Assembly (NCBI RefSeq): GCF_044704955.1
Contig: NC_091978.1
Span: 373,178,001 to 373,242,000, forward strand
Reading direction: 5' to 3'
Source: Pristiophorus japonicus
Taxonomy: Eukaryota
DNA length: 64,000 nt
The notes under the pieces are model-generated. The model was given only the letters and a program-made list of their open reading frames with translations, did no database searches and was not told the DNA's origin. This document shows positions 1 to 9,272 of the stretch, in pieces. Positions within the stretch are counted from its first letter, which is position 1, and the number at the start of each line of letters is the position of its first letter. Position numbers and translations under genes: made by a program.

Positions 1-210
1 GAGGTGCTGATGCAGAGAGCCGGCACAGGCTCGATGGGCCGAATGGTCTGTGCTGTAAACGTTCTATGATTCTATGCATTAGAGTACAGGAGTGATTGTA
101 TTCTGATCCTGAAATCTCAGCCTGGTTCTAAAGTGGGCACAGTGCCGTTACTGGACTCTTCATGTCATTTGTTTGCATTAAATGTTTTTTATTCCTGTCC
201 TAGGCTGAGG

Positions 211-249
211 ATGGCTGAAGAGGACACATATCGGCTTGGCATCTCCAAC
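211..249 (+). CDS. NFKB1: NF-kB p105/p50 first coding exon (exon starts at 204 with 7 nt of 5'UTR); MAEEDTYRLGISN
   Basis: Acceptor ttattcctgtcctag|gctgaggATGG, donor AAC|gtaagt. The 13 codons resemble human p105 N-terminus MAEDDPYLGRPEQ. Phase 0 fits the next exon. Confidence 0.88.
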
Positions 250-339
250 GTAAGTGCTTGAAGTTAAATACCTCGTAACATTATGCCGATTCCCTGCAGA
301 ATTTCATTGTTCACAACAGCAGCTTTTAAAAAAAAAAAG

Positions 340-478
340 TTATTGGTGGGAGGTTCAGAGGGGGATTTGAGGGGAAATGTCTTCACCCAGAGGGTGGTGG
401 GGGTCTGGAACTCACGGCCTGAAAGGGTGGTAGAGGCAGAAACCCTCACCACAATTAAAAAGTACTTGGATGTGCACA
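340..478 (+). mobile_element. CR1-clade LINE 3' fragment
   Basis: Encodes FTQRVVGVWNS-like ORF2 C-terminus; homologous to 26750-26870. Confidence 0.75.
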
Positions 479-642
479 AGAGACTGGGATTGGAGGAGGG
501 CAGAGATCTCGGAGGGTTGTAGGGCTGGAGGAGGTTATAGAGATATATTCATCCATATTGGGGCATGAGGTCGGGGCAGTGAGTGGTGCTGGACAATTCC
601 CTGTGGGATTATGGGAAGGTAAACGTAGAGTGGGCTTTGGGC

Positions 643-1070
643 TGTGTGCGCGGCTCGGGTGTGCGCGGCTCGGGTGTGCGCGGCTCGGGTGTGCGCGGCT
701 CGGGTGTGCGCGGCTCGGGTGTGCGCGGCTCGGGTGTGCGCGGCTCGGGTGTGCGCGGCTCGGGTGTGCGCGGCTCGGGTGTGCGCGGCTCGGGTGTGCG
801 CGGCTCGGGTGTGCGCGGCTCGGGTGTGCGCGGCTCGGGTGTGCGCGGCTCGGGTGTGCGCGGCTCGGGTGTGCGCGGCTCGGGTGTGCGCGGCTCGGGT
901 GTGCGCGGCTCGGGTGTGCGCGGCTCGGGTGTGCGCGGCTCGGGTGTGCGCGGCTCGGGTGTGCGCGGCTCGGGTGTGCGCGGCTCGGGTGTGCGCGGCT
1001 CGGGTGTGCGCGGCTCGGGTGTGCGCGGCTCGGGTGTGCGCGGCTCGGGTGTGCGCGGCTCGGGTGTGCG
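643..1070. repeat. Perfect 15-bp minisatellite (GGGTGTGCGCGGCTC)n, about 28 units
   Basis: Identical units visible directly. Confidence 0.97.
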
Positions 1071-1187
1071 CCTGGGGCGAAGTTGCTCAGTTACCTGCTG
1101 GTTTGGCCACAGTTGAGTCGAGGACCAGGGGATGGAAACTGAGGGAGTTTATTCAGAAAGGTGACCTGATTGATGCCCGTGAGCGTA

Positions 1188-1357
1188 CATCATCATCATC
1201 ATCATCATAGGCAGTCCCTCAGAATCGAGGAAGACTTGCTTCCACTCCTAAAAGTCCTTTGGTGGCTGAACAGTCCAATACGAGAGCCATAGACTCTGTC
1301 ACAGGTGGGACAGACATTTGTCGGGGAAGGGGGGGTTGGTTGGGACTGGTTTGCCGT
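1188..1357 (-). mobile_element. RTE-clade LINE 3' end
   Basis: (CAT)n tail plus aggcagtccct; C-terminal CPTCDR...IGLFSH zinc knuckle on the minus strand. Confidence 0.85.
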
Positions 1358-1627
1358 ACAGTGTTGGGGACTGAAGGGTCCTGATGGGGAGAATGGGTTG
1401 TGTGTATAAGTCGGACGGACATTGTGCAGATATAGAAACACAATTAGATAAAGGATTAAATGGTACAGGAGTAAAAACATTCTGGAAGGAAGGTTTTAAG
1501 CAGCTTTCAGAAAGGATATTGGATGGATAATAAGCCAAGTTAGTGAGTGAACGTGGCTCCAGGGGGAACAAAGAAAGGTGCGGTTTAATACGTGTCTGAC
1601 CTGTTGAAGGAAGCTGAGAGATTTGGG

Positions 1628-2520
1628 AACATAGGAACAGGAGTCGGCCATTCAGCCCCTCGAGCCTGCTCCACCATTCAATGACATCGTGGCTGATCAG
1701 TGACCTAACCCCATATACCCGCCTTTGTCCCAAACCCTTAATATCAAAAATCTACCAATCCCAGATTGAAAATGAACAATTGACCCAGCATCAATTGCCG
1801 TTTGCGGAAGAGAATTCCAAACCTCTCCCACCCTGTGTGTGTAGAAGTGTTTCCTAATTTCACCCCTGAAAGGTCTGGCTCTAATGTTTAGACTCTGTCC
1901 CTAGTCCCAGACTCCCCAACCAGCGGGAATAGTCTCTCTCTATCGACCCTCTCTGTTCCCCCTAATATCCTGAAAACTTCGATCAGATCAACCCTTAACC
2001 TTCTAAATCCCAGGGAATACAATCCTAATATAAGTAATCTCTCCTCGTAACTTAACCCTTGGAGTGCAGGTATCATTCTGGTAAACTCACGCTGCACTCC
2101 CTCCAAGGTCAATATACCCTCCCTAAGGTGTGGGCCCCAGAACTGCTCACAGTGCTCCAGGTGTGGGGCCCAGAACTGCTCACAGTGCTCCAGGTGTGGG
2201 GCCCAGAACTGCTCACAGTGCTCCAGGTGTGGGGCCCAGAACTGCTCACAGTGCTCCAGGTGTGGGGCCAGAACTGCTCACAGCGCTCCAGGTGTGGGGC
2301 CCAGAACTGCTCACAGTGCTCCAGGTGTGGGGCCCAGAACTGCTCACAGTGCTCCAGGTGTGGGGCCCAGAACTGCTCACAGTGCTCCAGGTGTGGGGCC
2401 CAGAACTGCTCACAGTGCTCCAGGTGTGGGACCCAGAACTGCTCACAGTGCTCCAGGTGTGGGCCCAGAACTGCTCACAGTGCTCCAGGTGTGGGCTAAC
2501 TGGGGCTTTGTGCAGCTGCA
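1628..2520 (-). mobile_element. CR1-clade LINE 3' portion with an internal 33-bp tandem array (2126-2493, about 11 units)
   Basis: Minus-strand LEGVQREFTRMIP...LYSL. The array unit encodes the PHLEHCEQFW variant of RPHLEYCVQFW. Confidence 0.85.
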
Positions 2521-3172
2521 GAACATAGAAAATAGGTGCAGGAGTAGGCCATTCGGCCCTTCGAGCCTGCACCACCATTCAATAAGATCATGGCTGATCA
2601 TTCCCTCAGTACCCCATTCCTGCTTTCTCTCCATTACCCCCTGATCCCTTTAGCCTTAAGGGCCACATCTAACTCTCTCTTGAATATATCCAACGAATTG
2701 GCATCAACAACTTTCTGTGGTAGAGAATTCCACAGGTTAACAACTCTCTGAGTGAAGAAGTTTCTCCTCATCTCGGTCCTAAATGGCTTACCCCTTATCC
2801 TTAGACTGTGACCCCTGGTTCTGGACTTCCCCAACATCGGGAACATTCTTCCTGCATCCAACCTGTCCAGTCCCGTCAGAATTTTATGTTTCTATGAGAT
2901 CCCCTCTCATCCTTCTAAACTCCAGTGAATAAAGGCCCAGTCGATCCAATCTCTCCTCATATGTCAGTCTTGCCACCCCAGGAATCAGCCTACTGAACCT
3001 TCGCTGCACTCCCTCAATAACTTCTGATTATTTTTTGTACCTGTCCATGACATTTTAATGATCAATGTACCTGGACCCCCGTCTCCTTGGACCGCCGCTG
3101 TCTTTAGCCGTTCACCATTTAGCGAGTACCCTGTTCTGTCCTTTTTATGACCAAAGTGGATGAGCTGACATT
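2521..3172 (-). mobile_element. HER1-like CR1 LINE 3' end (2521-3020) followed by another CR1 fragment
   Basis: MFPMLGKSRTRGHSLRIRG ORF; ctatgttc-type tail. Confidence 0.85.
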
Positions 3173-3595
3173 TGCGGCTGTGTTTTGGTGGGAAGCCATA
3201 CCTGGGTGGCTCGGAGCAGATCCTTTCCACGGGAACGTGTCCCACAATCAGAGGACAGAGTATGGGTAATGTGTGGGTGGGGGGTAGGGAGAGGAGACGG
3301 AGACCGGGATCTAAGGATCTTGGGTAACATTTCCCTCCAATCGAGACTATCAGATCGCGTGGAATAAACTAGGAAAACGACCCATTTCGGCCTGAATTTT
3401 CAACAATAAATCACTATTAAGAGGGAAGATGGGTCTGCCTTTTCGAACAATCTGTAAGGATTACTTTGGGTGCCCCGTGTCATCACCAGGAGGCCAGTTG
3501 CCAAACTGGAGTGAGTCACAATGCTGATTGCAGTTTCCCGCCAAGCCTCCTGCCCTCTCCCTTCCTCAGCTGACGGGTGTGTCTGGGACCGTACA

Positions 3596-4125
3596 ATCAT
3601 CATCATCATAGGCAGTCCCTTGGAATTGAGGAAGACTTGCTTCCACTCTTAGCATGAGTCCTTAGGTGGCTGAACAGTCCAATACGGGAACCACAGTCCC
3701 TGTCACAGGTGGGACAGATAGTTGTTGAGGGAAAGGGAGGGTGGGACAGGTTTGCCGCACGCTCCTACTGCCTGCGCTTGGTTTCTGCATGCTCTCGGCG
3801 ACGAGACTCGAGGTGCTCAGTGCTCTCCCGAATGCACTTCCTCCACTTAGGGCGGTCTTTGGCCAGGGACTCCCAGGTGTCAGTGGGGATGTTGCACTTT
3901 ATCAGGGAGGCTTTGAGGGTGCCCTTGTAACGTTTCCTCTGCCCACCTTTGGCTTGTTTGCCGTGAGGGAGTTCCGAGTAGAGCGCTTGCTTTGTGAGTC
4001 TCGTGTCTGGCATGCAGACGATGTGGCCCACCCAGTGGAGCTGGTCGAGTGTGGTCAGTGCTTCAATGCTGGGGATGTTGGCCTGGTCGAGGGCGCTAAC
4101 GTTGGTGCTTCTATCCTCCCACCAC
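3596..4125 (-). mobile_element. RTE-clade LINE 3' portion
   Basis: WVGHIVCMPDTRLTKQALYSEL...GGQRKRYK; (CAT)n tail. Confidence 0.88.
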
Positions 4126-4349
4126 TGATGGCAGCTTTTCACTACCTCTTCCCAAGGGCCATTCCTTCATATTTGAGCCTGGATACTGAGTGCTGGCAGA
4201 CTATTCAACTGTATGAGGCTGAACGGTTTATCCAGGGAGTGAGTCTGAATTGGAGCATTGTGTTCTGTACAGCTCACCACAGCACCACACAGTATATTAT
4301 TACAATCTTGCTTCTACAAAGGAATTCAGTTCAGTTTATCGTATTTAAA

Positions 4350-4715
4350 CTTTGCAGGACAGAGGTGTTCCGCAAAGTGGTCACCCAATCTGCGTTTGGT
4401 CTCCCCAGCGTAGAGGAGCAAATATTAAATTGCAAGAAGTACAAGTGAATCGCTGTTCCACACGGAAGGAGTGTTTGGGGCCCGGGACAGTGGGAAGGGA
4501 GGGGGTAAAAGGGCAGGTGTTACATCTCCTGTGCTTGCACGGGTAGGTGCCGTGGGAAGGGGAGGGAGTGCTTGGCGCGACTGCGGAATGGACCAGGGTA
4601 TCGCGGAGGGAGTGGTCCCTTCGGAACTCTAAAAGGGAGGGGAAGATGTGATTGGTGGTGGGATCGTGCTGAGGTGGCGGGAATGGCGGGGGATGATCCA
4701 TGAACGTGGAGGCTG
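4350..4715 (-). mobile_element. Penelope-like element fragment (Cys-rich linker plus GIY-YIG endonuclease start)
   Basis: FRRDHSLRDTLVHS...PCKHRRCNTC...FTCTSCNLI, then frameshifted LYAGETKRRLGDHFAEHL. Confidence 0.8.
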
Positions 4716-4759
4716 AATATTGTAGCCTTGAGTTTGGACAATACCTGATCTGCAACATT

Positions 4760-5243
4760 GATCCCTGGGATGGGGGGATTGACCAATGAGGAGAGATTGA
4801 GCAGACGAGGCTCAGTCTCTGAGTATATTCAAGGCTGAGAGCGATAGATTTTTGGACTGTCGGGAATCGAGGGATATGGGGATCGGGCGGAAAAGTGGAG
4901 TTGAGGTCGAAGATCAGCCGAGATCTTATTGAATGGCGGAGCGGGTTCGAGGGGCCGTGTGGCGGAGCAGATCGAGGGGCCGTGTGGCGGAGCAGATCGA
5001 GGGGCCGTGTGGCGGAGTAGGTCGAGGGGCCGTGTGGCGGAGCAGGTCGAGGTGCCGTGTGGCGGAGCAGGTCGAGGAGCCGTGTGGCGGAGCAGGTCGA
5101 GGAGCCGTGTGGCGGAGCGGGCTGGAGGGGCCGTGTGGCGGAGCAGGTCGAGGGGCCGTGTGACGGAGCGGGCTGGAGGAGCCGTGTGGCGGAGCAGGTC
5201 GAGGGGCCGAATGGCTGACTCCTGCTCCTATTTCTCATGTTCT
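4760..5243 (+). mobile_element. CR1 3' end with a 25-bp tandem array in the 3' tail (4935-5215, about 11 units)
   Basis: Unit ggcggagcaggtcgaggggccgtgt is an amplified piece of the tail gaatggcggagcaggctcgaggggccgaatggc. Confidence 0.85.
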
Positions 5244-5465
5244 GAGCAGTCCTGTCCCATATGGCCAGCTTCCATCCCCTTCTCTGATCCCCAAAAATGA
5301 TTTGCACCAGTAAACACGCATACTGACTCACTCCACTTTCATCAAACGCTACCTGAAGGTAACTTTAATATCGGCACGGAACCCTGAATCGTGTTTATTA
5401 TCTGTGTAATTACATGTGGACTCTCTGATACTGATGTTGTTTATTCTCCACCTCACTCCGTGTAG

Positions 5466-5556
5466 ATTTATGGAATGGAAGATTATAATGCTTTGGACAT
5501 TCCTGCTACCATGTTTAACTCCCCAATTGGCCCCACGGACTCTCCACTGCAGACAA
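5466..5556 (+). CDS. NFKB1: NFKB1 coding exon 2 (human exon 3 equivalent); IYGMEDYNALDIPATMFNSPIGPTDSPLQT+A
   Basis: tgtag|ATT...ACA A|gtaagt. 91 nt, open, phase 0 to 1, exactly bridging the flanking exons. The sequence is only weakly conserved with mammals. Confidence 0.78.
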
Positions 5557-5734
5557 GTAAGTATCATTGCTATTGGTTGTTTTATTGGGACACTGGGTCC
5601 CGAATTAAGTCACTTGCACTTTTGATACTGTTTAGAAAAGTGTGAAAAATGGTAGTTTGACATACTGTTTTTCACAAGAGAAAAATTCCTTATTAATCAT
5701 TGGTCACCCAATACCAAATGGAGCAATTGTGTAA

Positions 5735-6697
5735 GAAAGACTGACATTTCTATAGCTTCTTTCACAATCTCCGGATGTCCCAAAATGCTTTACAGCCAAT
5801 GAAGTACTTTTGGAGTGTAGTCACTGTTGTAATGTGGGAAACGCGGCAGCCAATTTATGCACAGCAAGCTCCCAGACACAGCAATGTGATAATGACCAGA
5901 TAATCTGTTTTTTTGTTATCTTGATTGAGGGATAAATATTGGCCCCAGTACACCGGGGAGAACGCCCCTGCTCTTCTTCGAAATAGTGCCATGGGATCTT
6001 TTACGTGCACCTGAGAGAGCAGACAGGGCCTCGGTTTAACGTCTCAACTGAAAGACGGCATCTCCGACAGTGCGGCACTCCCTCAGTACTGCCCCTCCGA
6101 AAGTGCGGCGCGCCCTCAGTACTGCCCCTCCGACAGTGCGGCGCTCCCTCAGTACTGCCCCTCCGACAGTGCGGCGCTCCCTCGGTACTGCACCTCCGAC
6201 AGTGCGGCGCTCCCTCGGTACTGCCCCTCCGACAGTGCAGCGCTCCCTCGGTACTGCCCCTCCGACAGTGCGGCGCTCCCTCGGTACTGCACCTCCTACA
6301 GTGCGGCGCTCCCTCGGTACTGCCCCTCCGACAGTGCGGCGCTCCCTCGGTACTGCCCCTCCGACAGTGCGGCGCTCCCTCGGTACTGCACCTCCTACAG
6401 TGCGGCGCTCCCTCAGTACTGTCCCTCCGACAGTGCGGCGCTCCCTCGGTACTGCCCCTCCGACAGTGCGGTGCTCCCTCGGTACTGCACCTCCGACAAT
6501 GCGGCGCTCCCTCGGTACTGCACCTCCGACAATGCGGCGCTCCCTCGGTACTGCCCCTCCGACAGTGCGGCGCTCCCTCGGTACTGCACTGGAGTGTCAG
6601 CCTGGATTTTTTTGTGCTCAAGTGTCTGGAGTGGGACGTGAACCTACAACCTTCTGACTCACATATGAGAGAGCTGCCCACTGAGCCCCGGCTGACG
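5735..6697 (-). mobile_element. Full-length tRNA-headed Deu-domain SINE (SacSINE1-like) with a 33-bp VNTR (6062-6590, about 16 units)
   Basis: tRNA-like head (ggctcagtgggcag...ggttcacgtccca), Deu core (gtctttcagttgagacgttaaaccgaggccc), L2-like 3' tail. Confidence 0.82.
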
Positions 6698-6769
6698 GGT
6701 GTAAGAATAGAATTGCTGGAAATGAGCTGCCAATCCGTCAATATCTGAAACTGGTGATGTGTCATCGAG

Positions 6770-7170
6770 CACCAATGGTAGCATCCACGCCTCAGAAGCT
6801 GAGAATTGTCGGTGCAAGACCCACTCTAAGGACTAGAGCAATTAACATTCAGTGCAGTGCAGTGCTGAGAGAGTGCTGCATTATCAGAGGTGCCGTCTTT
6901 CGGACGAAATGTTAAACCGAGGTCCCTTCCGCCCATTCGGCTGGACGTAAAAGATGGCATGGGTAGGATTTGGAGAGGAGCAGGAGGGTGTCTACATGTG
7001 GCTTGGCCGCTGTTCATCCCTCCACGGACAATGCCACATTAACTGATCATCAATCCCATTGCTGTCTGTGGGAGCTTGCTGTGCACAATAACAGGGACCA
7101 CACTTCAAAAGCAATTCAATGGCTGTGAAGCACATTATAGTCCAAGGTGCTATTTAATGCAAGTTGTTTA
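6770..7170 (+). mobile_element. Older diverged Deu-SINE copy with a single, unexpanded unit
   Basis: gtgcagtgctgagagagtgctgcattatcagaggtgccgtctttcggacgaaatgttaaaccgagg; tail ggtgctatttaatgcaagt. Confidence 0.75.
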
Positions 7171-7454
7171 ATGTTTTGAGGTGAGCTTACGTCAGAATGA
7201 TGTCACCACCGGAAGGACCAACTCTCTGGCAATGGTGGGGGTCTTGTGCTCCTTCAGTATCTTTTGGTTCTTGTCTCCGATTTCCAGCATTCACCCTTTT
7301 TCATCCCCTCACAAATGAATCATATATTTGTTTAACAAGGCTGGACCATCGATCAGAGGGGATTATTCAAATGAACGGTTTCATCTCAGTAAACAAAATT
7401 AATTGTGTATATACTGTACCACTGAGCTCTTCAGTAGAGAGCAGAACTGAGCGA

Positions 7455-8262
7455 GCACAGCTATGGGGAAAGACTGGACAGGCTGGGGCACTTTGCTCGA
7501 GAAAAACGACAGCGGAGGGGCAACCTGACAGAGGTCTTTAAGACTATGAAAGGGTAGACATAGAGATAATGTTTCCCCCTGTGGGAGAGACCAGAACTCG
7601 GGGCCATCAATAACAGACAGTCACTAATAAACCCAATGGGGAATTCAGGAGAAACTTCTTTACCCTGAAAGTGGTGAGAATGTGGAACTCGCTGCCACAG
7701 GGAGGGGTTGAGGTGGATAGTATCGATGTATTTAAGGGGAAGCTGGATAAACACACGAGGGGGAAAGGAATAGAAGGATATGGTGATGGGGTGAGATGGA
7801 GAGGGGTGGGAGGGGGCTGGTGTGGAGCATAAACCCCGGCACGGAGCGGTGGGGCATAAACCCCGGCACGGAGCGGTGGGACATAAACCCCGGCACGGAG
7901 CGGTGGGACATAAACCCCGGCACGGAGCGGTGGGACATAAACCCCGGCACGGAGCGGTGGGACATAAACCCCGGCACGGAGCGGTGGGGCATAAACCCCG
8001 GCACGGAGCGGTGGGACCATAAACCCCGGCACGGAGCGGTGGGGCATAAACCCCGGCACGGAGCGGTGGGGCATAAACCCCGGCACGGAGCGGTGGGGCA
8101 TAAACCCCGGCACGGAGCGGTGGAGCATAAACCCCGGCACGGAGCGGTGGAGCATAAACCCCGGCACGGAGCGGTGGAGCATAAACCCCGTCACAGAGCG
8201 GTGGGGCATAAACCCCGGCACGGAGCGGTGGGGCCCAGTGGCCTGTGTCTGTGCCGTACATT
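7455..8262 (+). mobile_element. CR1 3' end with a 27-bp tail array (GCATAAACCCCGGCACGGAGCGGTGGG)n, 7822-8235, about 15 units
   Basis: CR1 C-terminal/3'UTR similarity; a single-unit version lies at 23815-23895 on the minus strand. Confidence 0.82.
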
Positions 8263-8863
8263 TGAAGTAAGACCAGCTCTTCTAAACACAGACAGAGGTT
8301 TGCACAGTTGCGCTGCCTAGTGAAAGGGCTACAGGATATCGTCAGCAACCTTTCACACAGTCAGTCTTTGGCTGAATTCACATGCCACAAACGTAGCGAC
8401 AATGCAAAGGCGAAGTGGCAGTGTGCTGATGCTAAGGTGAAATGTGTGAATCGGGTGTCAGGACTCCAACTAACGGCGAAGTGAGTCTCGCCAATCGGCG
8501 CTGCGGTTTGTGGTGGAGCAGGCTCGAGGGGCCGAATGGCCGACTCCTGCTCCTATTTCTTATCTTCGTATGTTCTGCGTAATTTATGGACATCGGCTGG
8601 GGTCCGTTCTTGATGCTGCGCTCCATCACCATTGCACCGGGAGTGCGAGCGCTTCTGGCCAACATTCCTCCCCCAACCACCAGCACAACTAATTCAGCAC
8701 CTCCTTCACCCCCTCTGTCTCTGCCACCCGGTCATGGCGAGGTAACAGTAAACATTCATTTATTGAAACTCTTTGAAACATCCTGAAGACACGAAAAACT
8801 GCGACTACTTTATCCCTTTCTCTTGCGCTCTCGCTTTCTTTTTCTCTCTTCCTCTCTTTCGCT

Positions 8864-9272
8864 CTCCAGTCCCCCCCTCTCTAGTCCCCCCCCCCCCTCT
8901 CCAGTCCCCCCCCCCCCTCTCCAGTCCCCCCCCCTCTCCAGTCCCCCCCCCTCTCCAGTCCTCCCCCCCTCCAGTCCCCCCCCCCTCCAGTCCCCCCCCC
9001 CCTCCAGTCCCCCCCCCCCTCCAGTCCCCCCCCCCCCTCTCCAGTCCCCCCCCCCCCTCCAGTCCCCCCCCCCCCCTCCAGTCCCCCCCCCCTCCAGTCC
9101 CCCCCCCCTCCAGTCCCCCCCCCCTCTCCAGTCCCCCCCTCTCCAGTCCCCCCCCCTCTCCAGTCCCCCCCCCTCTCCAGTCCCCCCCCCTCTCCAGTCC
9201 CCCCCCCCTCTCCAGTCCCCCTCCCTCTCCAGTCCCCCCCCCTCTCCAGTCCCCCCCCCCTCTCCAGCTCCC
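8864..9272. repeat. C-rich minisatellite (CTCCAGT-Cn-T)n with variable C-run length
   Basis: Direct inspection; G-quadruplex-prone on the minus strand. Confidence 0.92.

Noticed and set aside
6600-6697. tRNA-like sequences (also 35590-35690, 44970-45065, 59060-59160)
   Set aside because: These are SINE heads fused to SINE bodies, not full cloverleaf tRNA genes.
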